In this document: positions 1-12,739 of the stretch, in pieces
Numbering within the stretch: position 1 is the first letter of the stretch
How the letters are laid out: each line of letters opens with the position of its first letter
NCBI RefSeq assembly: GCF_001194135.2
Contig: NC_068997.1
Span: 55,956,458 to 56,017,095, forward strand
Source: Octopus bimaculoides
Taxonomy: Eukaryota
Direction: 5' to 3'
Length of the DNA stretch: 60,638 nt
The notes under the pieces: model-generated
What the model was told of the DNA's origin: nothing
What the model saw: only the letters and a program-made list of their open reading frames with translations
Databases searched by the model: none
Program-made: the position numbers and the translations under genes

Positions 1-20
1 TATATATATATACATACACA

Positions 21-210
21 TACTCTTTTACTCTTATTTGTTTCAGTCATTTGACTCCGGCCATGCTGGAGCACTGCCTTTAGTTGAACAAATTGACCCC
101 AAGACTTATTCTTTGTAAGCTTAGTACTTATTCTATCAGTCTCTTTTGCTGAACTGCTAACTTACAGGGACGTAAACACACTAGCATTGGTTGTCAAGCA
201 ATGGGGACAA

Positions 211-247
<37 letters not shown>

Positions 248-281
248 ACGGGCTTCTTTCAGTTTCCATCTACCAAATCCA
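21..281 (-). mobile_element. tRNA-derived SINE family A, 5'-truncated copy with internal (CA)n/(TA)n
   Basis: Reverse complement matches the 3' two-thirds of the full copies at 44661 and 55393 (GAAACTGAAAGAAGCCC, AATAAGTACTA..CTTACAAAGAATAAGTC, CAGCATGGCC, AAAAGAGT tail). Confidence 0.9.
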
Positions 282-327
282 GATGTGGAACACAGTCACC
301 CAAATACTTTCTCTCTCTTCTCAAGTC

Positions 328-450
328 TATAAACTTAGAGCTGCAATGACCAATGCTAGTACAGTGAAGAGTAGGTCTGGTGAGATTGTTGAACTGCTTA
401 AACTAAGAAATGTAGATGAATGCTACATGCAAGAGGCATGAGTTGGCTTG
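328..450 (+). mobile_element. RTE-clade LINE fragment, N-terminus of APE endonuclease
   Basis: Translates YKLRAAMTNASTVKSRSGEIVELLKLRNVDECYMQEA, resembling the LRxGTLNVxTxxGRSxEIVExLxxRxVDICCxQE pattern of RTE endonucleases. Confidence 0.7.
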
Positions 451-601
451 GTTTAAAAATATAGAAAGATTTTAAGATGAAATATTAAAATATTTTATTT
501 ACCAAATATTCCTTGCAATGGATTTGCAGAAAATCGTATTTTGTTGGCGTTGTAAAATTTTGTTCTGAAGTATTTGGAGCTTATGTGTAATACATTCTTT
601 A

Positions 602-1093
602 ATATTGAACATTAGATTTATGATTATCAAAAGAAAGGCTGTATTTAATCATGTGTAAAGCAATGATAGAGGAATTGGTGCCATACTGGACATGTCTTTG
701 GACAATCAAAAGAACAGCAGATGAATATTCATTACTGAATTTAACAGGAAACTGTCAAAACAAAACCTCGAGTAATCTCCAGAGAATTCCCTGTCTTTCT
801 TTCACAAATAAATGATCCACTTCATACTGAGTTTTGCATAAAAGCTTTGCTTTCGCATTTGACTTTAATGAAACTTCTGATAATATATAGTACACAGCTT
901 TTCTATAGTCATCACCAAAGATATATAGAAGAATACCATTCTTCTTGCTTTTCTCATATCGTATAGAAATTTCATTTTCTGTTTGTGAAGATTATTTATC
1001 AGCCATTTCTATACAAGAAAGTCTTATATAAATAATTTTGCAATATAAAGGTTTTTCTGTTATTGCAGCTGAAGTTGTTTCAGGAAGCATATC
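602..1093 (-). pseudogene. Stop-poor reading frame of unknown identity, possibly decayed coding sequence
   Basis: 164 codons with only 2 internal stops (992-994, 755-757) in very AT-rich DNA; no family recognised. Confidence 0.25.
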
Positions 1094-1384
1094 TCATTCA
1101 TTTAGAATGCTAACATCTTCCAATAAAAATTAAGTCTTTTACGGTAGGCTATGTCTTTAAATGTAGAAATTCATGCTATTAATACTAATTGCTTGAATGC
1201 AATAAATTTGTTAAACCTCGTCACTTCTATTGGAAGGTTAATACCAGCCAAAAGAAAATCCATTCAGAGATTATCATAAATGTAATATGCTTCTCACCAA
1301 ATGTTATAACAGCTTAGCATAAATATTATTTTAAATCAACTTCTCATGCTATCATCCAGTTGATGAAACAAGGAGAAGCAGTGA

Positions 1385-1520
1385 AGGCTACGCCAGTATG
1401 AAGCTGGTATTCCTTTTCACTTGAGTAGATTGGAGCTATGGGAAATGCCTTGCTCAAGGACTCACTTTCTGGTCCAGGAAACAAATATAGACATTTTTGG
1501 TCATGAGTCCATCCTCTTAA
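1385..1520 (-). mobile_element. Diverged tRNA-SINE family G fragment
   Basis: GCTGGTATTCC..GAGTAGATTGGAGC..CCTTGCTCAAGGA is the reverse complement of the motif order seen at 46381-46520. Confidence 0.5.
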
Positions 1521-1891
1521 TGATTTTTAATATGTGAGTATTTTAAACAGCTTTTGCATTGATCTTACCAAGTGCTTCTGTAAAACGTTTGGGTACTGCC
1601 TCATTTTTCAAGATTAAAATTTAAAATAAAAGAAAATTGAAAAATAATGAAAAACCTCCATAGAATTTAAGGACTACAAGCAAAGACAAAAAGATTAAAA
1701 TATCATGTAAGCATTTTATTTTGAAGTTCAAAAATTAATAACTTGTGCAAAACTTAAAAGGCTTTAGAAGACACTTTTATTAATTTAGTAGTGTCACTGT
1801 ATTTATTAATCATTCTATTACTACATTATTAATTAGGTGTGACAATAACAGCTGTGGTTATATATGTGTGTGTGTGTATATATATATATAT

Positions 1892-2326
1892 NNNNNNNNN
1901 NNNNNNNNNNNNNNNNNNNNNNNNNNNNNNNNNNNNNNNNNNNNNNNNNNNNNNNNNNNNNNNNNNNNNNNNNNNNNNNNNNNNNNNNNNNNNNNNNNNN
2001 NNNNNNNNNNNNNNNNNNNNNNNNNNNNNNNNNNNNNNNNNNNNNNNNNNNNNNNNNNNNNNNNNNNNNNNNNNNNNNNNNNNNNNNNNNNNNNNNNNNN
2101 NNNNNNNNNNNNNNNNNNNNNNNNNNNNNNNNNNNNNNNNNNNNNNNNNNNNNNNNNNNNNNNNNNNNNNNNNNNNNNNNNNNNNNNNNNNNNNNNNNNN
2201 NNNNNNNNNNNNNNNNNNNNNNNNNNNNNNNNNNNNNNNNNNNNNNNNNNNNNNNNNNNNNNNNNNNNNNNNNNNNNNNNNNNNNNNNNNNNNNNNNNNN
2301 NNNNNNNNNNNNNNNNNNNNNNNNNN
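1892..2326. other. Assembly gap flanked by (TA)n
   Basis: Run of N with TA repeats on both sides. Confidence 0.99.
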
Positions 2327-3071
2327 ATATATATATATATACTGTATGTAATGTAACTAATTTCACTTCTTTCTTAATAGCTTTTACGTATAAGTTCTGA
2401 AATAAGGTTTTGACAATAAATGTTTCTAAAAAGCCTAAAGAACTAAAGAAAAGGTTTACAATTCAATATCTAAGAGTTTCTTTCTTCGTCTGCTGAGAAA
2501 GTTAATTTCCTTCATATACTAATAAAAAATACGAAATCTAATATTTATATTCAATATTCAATGGGGAGGGGGACCCAAAAGAGAAACAACAATCGTTACA
2601 AATAACTAAGTTTTGTCATTTTCACCATAAGAAATAATCAGTTTTATCCTAACTCACCATAATACGCTAAATATTGAATATTGTAGAATAATACCACACA
2701 CACACACACACACACTGAGTGAATCAAAATTCATTTTCTTTCTTGATTACTTAGTGCTTTACAGAGTCAATAGAAAATTTGAAGGTATTCACCCAAATAC
2801 TCTGACAATTAATAAACTTTAACCTTTGCAAGGTTTAAGTTTTATTTAATGAATTTTAATATCTAATTGATGTCTTACCATTGAAGAGTTAAGAGAATCA
2901 ACTTTTCCTTCCATCCTTTAGAAGTAAACTACTGTGGTTGTAGTTATTAACTGCACTACAGACTTCATCTATAGACCACATCCTTAAAATATTCCAAAAC
3001 CAAAAAATGAGGCAGGGTTCATGAATGTTCTAAACATGAATGTTCTAAACTTAAAGAGTTGGAAAGTCAAA

Positions 3072-3280
3072 CAGTTTTACAGGGATGTAGCTACTCAGGA
3101 ACAAAACCATTACGATGAACTTAATAAATATGAAGATTAATAAAACTTAGTCAGCAAACACAGAATCTGTGAAAAGGAGGATGAATGTGTAAACCATCTT
3201 TTAAGAGAATGCAGTAAGCTAACAGAAAAAGAGTGTAAAGCATGGGCATGAATCTGTTGGTAACAGACTGCATTAGGGTA
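3072..3280 (+). mobile_element. R4/Dong-like (RLE-clade) LINE fragment with CCHC zinc-knuckle region
   Basis: Frame reads ATQEQ...SKHRICEKEDECVNHLLRECSKLTEKECK, resembling the AAQEQ..KCRxCxxxDETVNHxxSECSKLAQKEYK motif; in-frame stops present. Confidence 0.65.
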
Positions 3281-3399
3281 CAAAACATTTTGTCCAATTC
3301 TCTAATCATTCTGCCGACACACGGTATTTTGTTACTTTATAATAATATTGATAATAACAATATCAATAATAATAGTAATTAATAATGGTGATTTCGTGG

Positions 3400-3562
3400 G
3401 AGGGGGTATGTCAATTACATTGATCCTAAGGTTCAACTGGTACTTATTTTATCGACCCCAAAAGGATGAAAAGCAAAGTTGCTGTTGGTGGAGCTTGAAC
3501 TCAGAATGTAATGCTACTAAACATTTCGCCTCTCATGCCAATGATTCTATCAGTTTTGCTGC
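3400..3562 (-). mobile_element. SINE family B copy
   Basis: GGTACTTATTTTATCGACCCC..GGATGAAAAGCAAAGT..TTGAACTCAGAA is the reverse complement of the B core seen at 33803. Confidence 0.8.
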
Positions 3563-3719
3563 TTTGATAATAATACTAATAATATCATTCATTGTCTGGG
3601 TCGGAGTTGATGTTTGAATCAAATAAATGTATATGACTTCACTGGTTTCTTCATTATTGTTATTACCTGTCAATCACAACTCACCTTTGTTATTTCCAGG
3701 ACTTGTACTGAGAAGGCAC

Positions 3720-3910
3720 AGCACTTGAACCAGTCCAATAATTCGACCCCCACCCCCACCCCACTGAACTGGTACTGATTTTTTTATTCCTGAAACGATG
3801 AAAAGCAAATGTGACCTTGCTGAGATTTGAACTCAAAATGCAGAAAGTTACAATAAATATAGCAAAGCAGTTTATCCACCACTGAGGTATACTCTGCCAA
3901 TTCGTCCCCT
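3720..3910 (-). mobile_element. SINE family B copy, diverged
   Basis: AACTGGTACTG..GATGAAAAGCAAA..GAGATTTGAACTCAAAATG..CTCTGCCAATTCGTCCCC. Confidence 0.75.
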
Positions 3911-4319
3911 TTAAATTGTTTCTTGGAATAAATTTTCTTAAAAAATATAGAAATTAGTCACAACAAATCTGTAATTACAAAGAACCTATTTACCATTGTT
4001 GGAATAATATGTTGGGAACAATAATCTAATTGTTGCGTTCTTGGTGACAATTACAGGTGTCAATGCTTAATTGATAAAGCAATATTTGCAGGGAATTCAG
4101 TTCCAATATCTCCTGACACATTATCAAGTTGTGAAAATGTTTCCATTTTTGGATTATTCTGCTGTGAAAAATTGATTTTGGCTCCAGAGAGTCGCAATAT
4201 GACAAAGAAAATAGTTTTGGATTTAATCTCATTAAAATTTATTACATAAATATCGTTACTGTAATTAAGTTGTCTTCGTTAAGATAAATGATGTACTCCT
4301 TTATATTTGGACACTGGCA

Positions 4320-4410
4320 GCCCTTATCATTGTCATCATCATCATCATCATCGTCATCGTCATCATTATCAGCACCATCATTATTGTCATTATTATTATT
4401 ATTATTATTA
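4320..4410. repeat. (ATC)n/(ATT)n compound microsatellite
   Basis: Visible directly in the sequence. Confidence 0.9.
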
Positions 4411-4499
4411 GCTTTCCAGCACAAGTGATATATATTATGAACCCATTCATTTAAACTGTGAAATTATCCACAAAGCATTTCACTATAATGAAATAATTA

Positions 4500-4606
4500 T
4501 ATGTATGCATGTATGTATGCATGTATATATGTATGTGTGTATATATATGTAGTTACATATTTGTATGTACACATATAGATGTGTGTATGTGTGCGTATAT
4601 AAGTAT

Positions 4607-4639
<33 letters not shown>

Positions 4640-4690
4640 CATATGCTTATATATATAAACACACATGCACACATATATTCATATATAATT
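4500..4690. repeat. (TATG)n/(TA)n compound microsatellite
   Basis: Visible directly in the sequence. Confidence 0.9.
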
Positions 4691-4759
4691 AAAACAGACA
4701 GCAGTGTGCAGTGTTCTATCAAAAAGGAAAACTATAACTGTCACTAAATGTGACTTGGA

Positions 4760-4947
4760 TGTTAGAAACACCTACATTGCTAGAAATAACAGCTAAAATG
4801 CTCTGATGTTGTAGTCAAAGCACATATTTGTATACATATACACTGACAGGGACTATAATCATCCAAAAACCCCTTTCTTGAAAGTCCCTGTCTGTATGCA
4901 TTAGAGCATTTTAGCTCTTATTTCTAGCATTGTAGATGTTTCTAACA
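4760..4947. repeat. Fold-back element with 49-bp inverted arms (45/49 identical) plus an inner 10-bp inverted repeat
   Basis: 4760-4808 versus the reverse complement of 4899-4947 differ at 4 positions; GACAGGGACT 4845-4854 pairs with AGTCCCTGTC 4883-4892. Confidence 0.9.
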
Positions 4948-5790
4948 CCCTAGTTGCATCTATATATATACAAATACACACACACACTTCATAAAGGCAG
5001 CATTCTGAGTGACCTTAGCCTTTGTAGCAAAACCAATCTAAAGAATGGTTATTGTGGCTGAAAAAGTGAAATAAACCTTTGAAATCATGTGTTGATTATT
5101 TTATGGATTAAAAGAAACTTTTCGTTAGATTTTTTCCCCCCTTAACTCTTGTAATTTCCTGACACTTCAAGAGATTGTTTTGTGAAAGCTGACTTCCTAC
5201 ATTTTGGTCAGGGACTTCAAATCTAAACAGAAACATCCTGACTTGACTAAATCTTAGACATGCTATTATTTTAGAAGATTTGTGAGTGACCCGTAGAGAG
5301 AAGAAGGCCTGTGTTTTTCTTCAGCCTGGCAGGAGAAATGATGTCCTTTGTTGTCTCTGATATTACTTAGCTCCTGATCTGCTCTGGTCAAGAAGACTCG
5401 TAGTCAAACATTCCACTCATGACAATCTCATCGTAATTTTAGACAATATATCTGGGACTACACCATCCAGTCGATCCCTTCCTTATAAGAATGAATATGT
5501 GTGATTCAATGAAGATTTGACTGCTATCTCTAGACAGCAAGTGGCAACATTGAGGCCTACTTTTTTTCTTTGGCTCATGTATTTTCACGTTGAGTTTAAT
5601 TGTGAGCGCTGTAAAGGTGGAATATATTGGAAACAGCAATCTATCTGGTCTATTACAGTGGAAACAGGTGAAGAAAAAAATTTGACAAAGAATGGAAATT
5701 TGATTTCTGCAAGATTTACTTGACATGGATGGCAATGTTGCATAGAATTGTTATTTTGAATAGAAATTTATTTTCTGCCTATTTCTATGG

Positions 5791-5793
<3 letters not shown>

Positions 5794-5862
<69 letters not shown>
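5794..5862. repeat. (CT)n microsatellite
   Basis: Visible directly in the sequence. Confidence 0.95.
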
Positions 5863-5865
<3 letters not shown>

Positions 5866-5883
5866 TTATTTTCTATTCAGACA

Positions 5884-6272
5884 TTCTTTTACTTGTTTCA
5901 GTCATTGGATTGCGACCATGCTGGTGCACCACCATGAAAAAATTTTAGACAAATTAATCGATGTTGATACTTAATTTGTTTTAAAAGCCTGTTACTTAAT
6001 TTTATCAGTCTCTCATGCCAAACTGCTAGGTTTTGGGGACATGAACACACCCTCTTTCTCACAATCACACACAAACTCTTTCTCTCTCTTGCTCTCACAT
6101 ACATATACACATGCATACATATATGGCAGGCTTCTTTTCAGTTTCCATCTAATAAACCCACTCACAAGGGTTTGGTCAGTTCCAGGCTCTAGTGAAGATA
6201 TTGCCCACTATGACTGAACCCAGACTCATGTGGTCAGACAGCAGACCTCCTACCACACAGCCACACCTGTGC
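5884..6272 (-). mobile_element. SINE family A, near full length, diverged
   Basis: Reverse-complement head (CCACACAGCCACACC, TGAACCCAG), centre (CTCACAAGG, CTTCTTTTCAGTTTCC) and tail (CTTTTACTTGTTTCAGTCATT). Confidence 0.85.
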
Positions 6273-6383
6273 CAATCAATGTTTGTCCAGGATTACATTA
6301 TGTAATTTCAGGCATGCTTGGCTTCTGTTTCGAGTAGGGCAAGCACCAATGAAGAATCAAGTCTCTAATGGATCAACACTTAC

Positions 6384-6443
6384 CTAGGGTTAAGCAAACC
6401 CTGGAAATTTAATGAAGCCATTAAGATATCATTAATACTCAGT
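6384..6443 (-). CDS. Candidate 60-nt phase-2 symmetric exon (xLSINDILMASLNFQGLLNPx)
   Basis: Perfect donor TAG|GTAAGT at 6383, modest acceptor, one open frame; no homology recognised. Confidence 0.15.
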
Positions 6444-7159
6444 CTAAGATACTACTAAAGGCATTGCCATTCTTTGTCATTCTCGATAATAAGAATGAAA
6501 AATGAAATATTTCATGAGAATGTTGCTGTGTTTATGTTTGCTGGTATTCAAACAGTATGGGGCACAGAATGGTAGCAATGGAATTAATGACAATTCTTCA
6601 CTAGGTTCTACTATTTCTAATTGTTATCTGTATTAAATCAAAATATCAAACAGCTGCCAGTCACACTGCCTAGCCATAGTTATAATTGAAATATTAATTA
6701 ACTAATTAGAGAAGAGACCCAGGAGGTTTGTAAATGAGAAATAGGAAGCTGTGATATTCATGGTTATCTCAGAGGTGCCATTTCATTGCATGAAGTTATT
6801 GGAACTAAGATAAACACATATGCTGTATTATCATCTTACCATTTCCTCAATGCCTTTTCATTTACACGACACCTTATTGCAAAGGTTTATAAATCATCTT
6901 GGACTATTTTATTCCGATTTCAGCATTCAGACAAGACAAAAAGAAATGAAAAAAGTCCTTTTCCTTCATTTTTTTTTTCTTTCTTTTCTTGCAATATTCC
7001 TTTTATTAGTTTGGATATAAAAGGAGAGATTTAAAGTTCCTTCCCAGAGAGTTTTCTTCCAGTTTATCTGCACACTCCATAATGCACACGCACACACACA
7101 CGCATACATGCACATATACACACACAGACATGTATATCTGTGAGGACACACACACACAC

Positions 7160-7192
<33 letters not shown>

Positions 7193-8184
7193 AATACACA
7201 CAGAGGAAGTATGAAGTAAAGGAATTTAGGCAGTTTTCTGGTGGCACATAAAAGTAAAAGAGTTTAGAAAAAACTAAGATTGGCCAAAAGTAATCAATCT
7301 TTTCTAACATCAGCTGTTCATTGTAGTATTTTTTGAAAAGGGAGAGGAAAAAGAGAGGGGGGAGCAAGAAAGTGAGAGAAAGGGTAAGAGGAGGGGAGAG
7401 AGGAAAACCAGCAAGTAAGAGTTTGAAAGTATTGGACATATTTCTTGACTATGTATGATGTATAAATATATAATATAAATTTCTGGGCTAAAAAGGCATC
7501 AAGTAAGTGTGAACAATGGGAATAGAAATAGCAAATCCTATATATAGATATGTATATATATACATATTATATATATATATATATATTACATATATATACA
7601 TGTATGTGTATATATATGTATATATATTTGAATACATATGTGCACATTATATATATACATACATACATACACACACACGTATAATATAAATTTGTGGGTT
7701 AGAAAGGCGTCAAATAAATATGAACAGTGATAATAGAAACCACAAAAGAAATACGATTGCTTTCTGATTAATGGCTGAAGTCTGTGAAAATATTTGCCAA
7801 TCGAACATTTTCTTTTTCTTTGGCATTTTTTTGTTGCGAGAATAACTGTTTGATAAAATCCATATATCGGAAACAATATTTGAAGCAATATAAATCTGCA
7901 GCTCAGATATTTTTGATCCTTCAATATTATCCATTATGGTTACCTGTTATCAATGATTAGTTTGAACAAATGAAATTTAGCAGGATATAAAATTAACATT
8001 CTTTGATTAAAGCAACAACTATTCACTTATATTATAAAACTTCTTCTACTGAATTTTATTGTTTTATTGCGGATTTCATTGTTTGACTACAATAAACTGA
8101 TCGTTTCTTTGTTACAAGTTTTATAACTATACTTTGAGCAGACAAGCAATCCAATTTTATTTTATATTAAGTCTGCAAATGTAT

Positions 8185-8610
8185 AGGTGTGGGCATGGGT
8201 GTATTGGAAGAAGTTTGTTTCCCAACCTCAAAGTTCTGGTTTCAGACGCACTGTGTGGCACCTTGGGCAAGTGTCTTCTACTATAGCCTTGGGCCAACCA
8301 AAGCATTGTGAGTGGATTTGGTAGACGGAAACTGAAAGAAGCCCGTCGTATATATAAATATATATGAGTGTGTGTGTGCATGCATGTGTATTATTGTGTC
8401 TGTTTTTGTCCCTCCCTACCATCGCTTGGCAACCAATGTTGGTGTGTTTATGTCCCTGTAACTTACTGGTTTGGCAAAAGAGAATGATAGAATAAGTACT
8501 GGGCTTACAAAGAAGAAGTTCTGGGGTTGATTTGTTTGACTTAAGGCAGTGCTCCAGCATGGCCACAGTGAAATGACCAAAACAAGTAAAAGAATAAACG
8601 AATAAAAGAA
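8185..8610 (+). mobile_element. SINE family A, full length
   Basis: Head through GGCACCTTGGGCAAGTGTCTTCTACTATAGCC, internal (TA)/(TG) repeat, 3' CAGCATGGCCACAGT..AAAAGAATA. Confidence 0.92.
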
Positions 8611-9689
8611 TATATATATATATATGTATATGTATTTATATATGTGTGTGTGTGTGTGTGTGTATGTGTGTGTGTATTTATATAGATAAATCTTGGTTGG
8701 ATATAAGACTAGAGAATTTCCAGAGAAGCACTTGGCCTGAAGTCTGGATGATCAATACTGCTGGAATTCTTCAAGTGTAGAAAATTCTGGTTTCACAATG
8801 GCCACAGCATAATGTGGGTTTGCCAAAGAGTAAATTATAATCCAAATAATAATAATAAGACAAAGAAATTATTTAGCACAAAGATTTATTCTGTATATAT
8901 GAAGGGGTTTTGGTGAATCATTGTGCGATTTGTTGTGTAAGGCCAGAACAATGTAAGAAGGTTGTTTTCTGTGTACTGTCTTATATTGTTTTGGCCTTAC
9001 AGTACAAATCTCTTTAAAATATATGCATGCATGTATGTATATTAAGTACTTGAGAGTTGTTTGTATCGTACTAATGATTTCATGCAAATGATATTTGCAA
9101 TTATTCCACCACTGTTTGAACTATACTTTCAATTCAGCCATGTTTGTTATACTGAATACATTCAGCATAATAAACTGGGGTTGAATAATTACAAATTTGA
9201 TGTGCATGAAACCATAGGTACTGTACTAATAGAACTCAACCATTAAAGAAATCAAAGCAATTATTCATCCTTCATTGCTGTGTTGTTAATTCACTGTCTT
9301 TTCCACTGCTTAAATATGGAAATGAAATTACTATTATCAGTTGTAGTAATATCATTCTGGAATTGAAATTACTATTTTCAGTTGTAGATATATTATTCTA
9401 CTCTGAAATTACTATTATCAATATTTAATACAGAGAAATCAGTTGGGTTCAGATTGCTACCCAACATGATGACAACTAGCTTTCCTCTCCAATAAAATTA
9501 TTTGGTGCAGCACATAGAGGAAACTATTAATAAATGATTTTAGAAAAGATCAGAAAGTAGATATGGCATTATCTGTTGCGTATGTGAAGGGATTTTGGTA
9601 AACATTGAATTCTTGGATTCCAGAATGGATGAAGGTTGTTTCATACAACGGAGAAACTACTATAAATGGCCAACAAGAATTCCACCATG

Positions 9690-9885
9690 TGATTGCTCTA
9701 TATACTAGATATAGCAGCCAAATCTCTCTCAAATAACATCCTTTAAAAGAAGAGATATATTGGATGGTGTAGTCCCCATAGATATGCAACAGCCAAGGGA
9801 AAGAGAATGGTTGGAAGACATTTGGTTACAGCACTGTTTAGTCAAAGTTGATCTGGGTGTTAAATCACAGCAATAATCTCCAACA
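9690..9885 (+). mobile_element. Interspersed repeat family C copy
   Basis: CTAGATATAGCAGCCAAATCTC motif shared with 15470, 15590, 42330 and, reversed, with 27530 and 51520. Confidence 0.7.
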
Positions 9886-10424
9886 AGGGAGCGGCTAATG
9901 TGACACATCGTATAATGTTGTCTACTCCTTAACTGAAGATGAAAGGATCAGAGTTTCAATCCTGCAGGGTACACATTTGCTCAATCAAGGATGTCTGCCA
10001 AACAACATCAAAAACAATGATTGCTCTGCTGCTGCTGCTGTAGCAAAAATAGTCAAAGAAGACTACATTAAAGAGGAGCAGTGCGAAACTGTTATAAATG
10101 AACCTGTCTTTGATGATGGTGTTGTTGAAAGGGGATCTTAATTTTTAATGGTATAGTCATGGATGGAAGGGCAACATCCAGGATCCATTCTGTGGACTTT
10201 CTAGACTTGTAGGAAGAAGTTATATCCTTAGACAAAGACCTAATCCAAATACCTGTAGCAGTGGGTGAAGGTCATTTAAAGAGGCCCTCACTGACCATGT
10301 GGTGGTGTTAAACTGGGAGTTGGATCAAATTTAATGCTTAAAGACAGGACATGGTTTCACCAGTGGACATTTCAACCATTTCTTTTAACCAAATTTCTTC
10401 CACTAAACTTTGACTTGAGACAGA

Positions 10425-10525
10425 ATGTAGAAGACACTTGCCTAATGTGTCATGCAGAGAAATTTAGCACAAAACCATGTAGACATAAATCAAAATTTTT
10501 AACAACACAGCCAGCCATGCCTTCC
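10425..10525 (-). mobile_element. Highly diverged SINE A head
   Basis: GTAGAAGACACTTGCCTAA..AAAACCATGT..ACACAGCCA. Confidence 0.55.
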
Positions 10526-12477
10526 CCTTCTGAATTTCACAATCTTGACATGAAAGATTGCACTCATAAACAGGAAAAACATGAAGAAAAAAATGTATTC
10601 CTTGAAAGATACTTGTATCGCCCACCCCACCCAACTAAAAACATTTATATGCTATTTCTGAAAATATTGCTGTCTGTTATGGACTGGAATATACCTTTAC
10701 AGAATGGCAGGAGGAGGTAGACATGATTGGATTCAATGGACCACTCAAAGTAATCAGGCAGAATCTATGATTTATTATATTTTATGACATTTTATAATTG
10801 GGAAAATATTAAAGAATGCTTGAACACATCTAGAGTTTGGTTAACGGAATTTAACATGAAACATTAATCAGCCTTATCATAAACTTAAACTTGATTTCTA
10901 GTTTGCATTTAATCATTATTATTAATTTTATTATTAATTTTTCTTGTTTGAAAATGTTCATGTTGAATACAGAATGTAGCTGCCAATCTTAGATCAGTGA
11001 AATTTAAAAACAAAGCTATGATTGAATAAATCATTTGTTCAGAATATAAGTGCTGTTATTCTTTTTCGTGTAAAATAAATATGTAAAAAAAATATTTTAT
11101 TCTTTTTATTTTTGGCATTTTACTTCCCAAGAATGAAAAGCATCATTTGAAAATAGTATAAGCTACAAACTTAGGCTTTGTAAAAGCTATTATAGGAACA
11201 GATTGTTCTGTTGTTTGTTTATTTTGCATGTTTTCTATTTGTTTTTTTTTCCGTTCCCAATTCATTCTGTTATGTAACACACTACAGGCAATATCAATTA
11301 ATTCTCTGTATTTCTAGCCTTGCTTCAAACCCACAGTATTGTCGTAATGTAAGACAAGATATATTTTCAAGCATACAAATCTATAATGTAAATATATTCA
11401 AACTAAAGATAGGTTTAAAATTGTCACTTAAGAAAGGGAAATATTCAATTCATAGATCTCATCCTTAGAAAATTACATTTAAAGATTATAACCATCAATA
11501 TTTTTTGAGATACAGTCATTTTTTTAGGATTTTTTTTTCTTTTTCTCTTTTTTTCATTTTGTTTTTGCTTCTGGCATTGATTTTCATGACACTGAAATAA
11601 CTTTACTGCAGTGGAAAATGAATGAAAAAAAAAAACAAGATATTTCAATATTCTCAATGAAGCTAAATATCTTCAAGGTAGAAAATATGCGAAAAACCTG
11701 TGAAAAATTCTATGATTGGTGAATAATTTTATTCATGAGACAATCATTAGATTTGATGACATTCAAAAATGATGGAGGGAAGAAGCAAATCAGAAACAAA
11801 ACATCAGATGGAAATAATCCTCAAAATTTATTTATTTGTTTGTTTGTTTGTTTATTAGTCAACAGAATAGGGGGGCGGGGAAATACTGAGACAAAACTCA
11901 TTCAAATCTTTGCATTGAAAATAGTAAAATAGATTATTAATATGACGAATTCATTGAAAATTGCAATTTTACACATTAATGACAATTTATCAGAATGAAC
12001 ATTCTTTAACGAGCAGTTTATTATCAAGATGTCTGAAAACTAAACCCACAAATAATATGCAATTTTTTATGCATTTATCATAAAACAGGAAAATAAACTA
12101 TTGTATACAAATAATGACAGACAACAAAATTTTACTAATCTTTAAAAAAAACAAAAAAACAAAACATTACTTTATAACAATTAATGCCAAAAAACAAGAA
12201 GATTTATATTTTTAATTAATTCATTAAGAATTCTGATATGCTAATGATTTAGAGAAGCTTCATTAAAAAACATTATCTATTATAGGAATTAAAAGCCATC
12301 TCAGCATTAAAAATATGACATGAAATATGGATTAATATCTGTTTTATTTTATCCTAAGTACGAAGATGTTGCAGGAGTTTGGAATTATCGTTGAGTTTCA
12401 GTCTCAAAACTGGAATTAATTAGTTTCACATGTTAGAATTTTACATTTTCAAAGGTTATTATGTTCCTCATTTATCA

Positions 12478-12735
12478 TATATATATATATATATATATAC
12501 ATCCACCCACACATATACATACATATCAGTGTGTGTGTGTGTGAGTGTGCATACACACATATACATATATGTGTACATATATAAATGTATGTATATGTAT
12601 ACTCAACATACATATGCATTTTTTATCTGTCGTTTATTTACAATGCATTTTTTCATTTATTAAGTAACAGTATGCAATGCATATCCAACTTTTATTAACA
12701 GTAAGTTTATACACACACACACACACACACACGCA
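12478..12735. repeat. (TA)n/(TG)n/(CA)n compound microsatellite
   Basis: Visible directly in the sequence. Confidence 0.85.
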
Positions 12736-12739
12736 TATA

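Noticed and set aside
1569-1577. 9-nt micro-exon candidate (TTTTACAG|AAGCACTTG|GTAAGA, minus strand)
   Set aside because: Too short to distinguish from chance without RNA data.
10750-12420. Long SINE-free, T/A-run-rich stretch as a 3'UTR
   Set aside because: No linked coding exon was found, and composition alone is not diagnostic.
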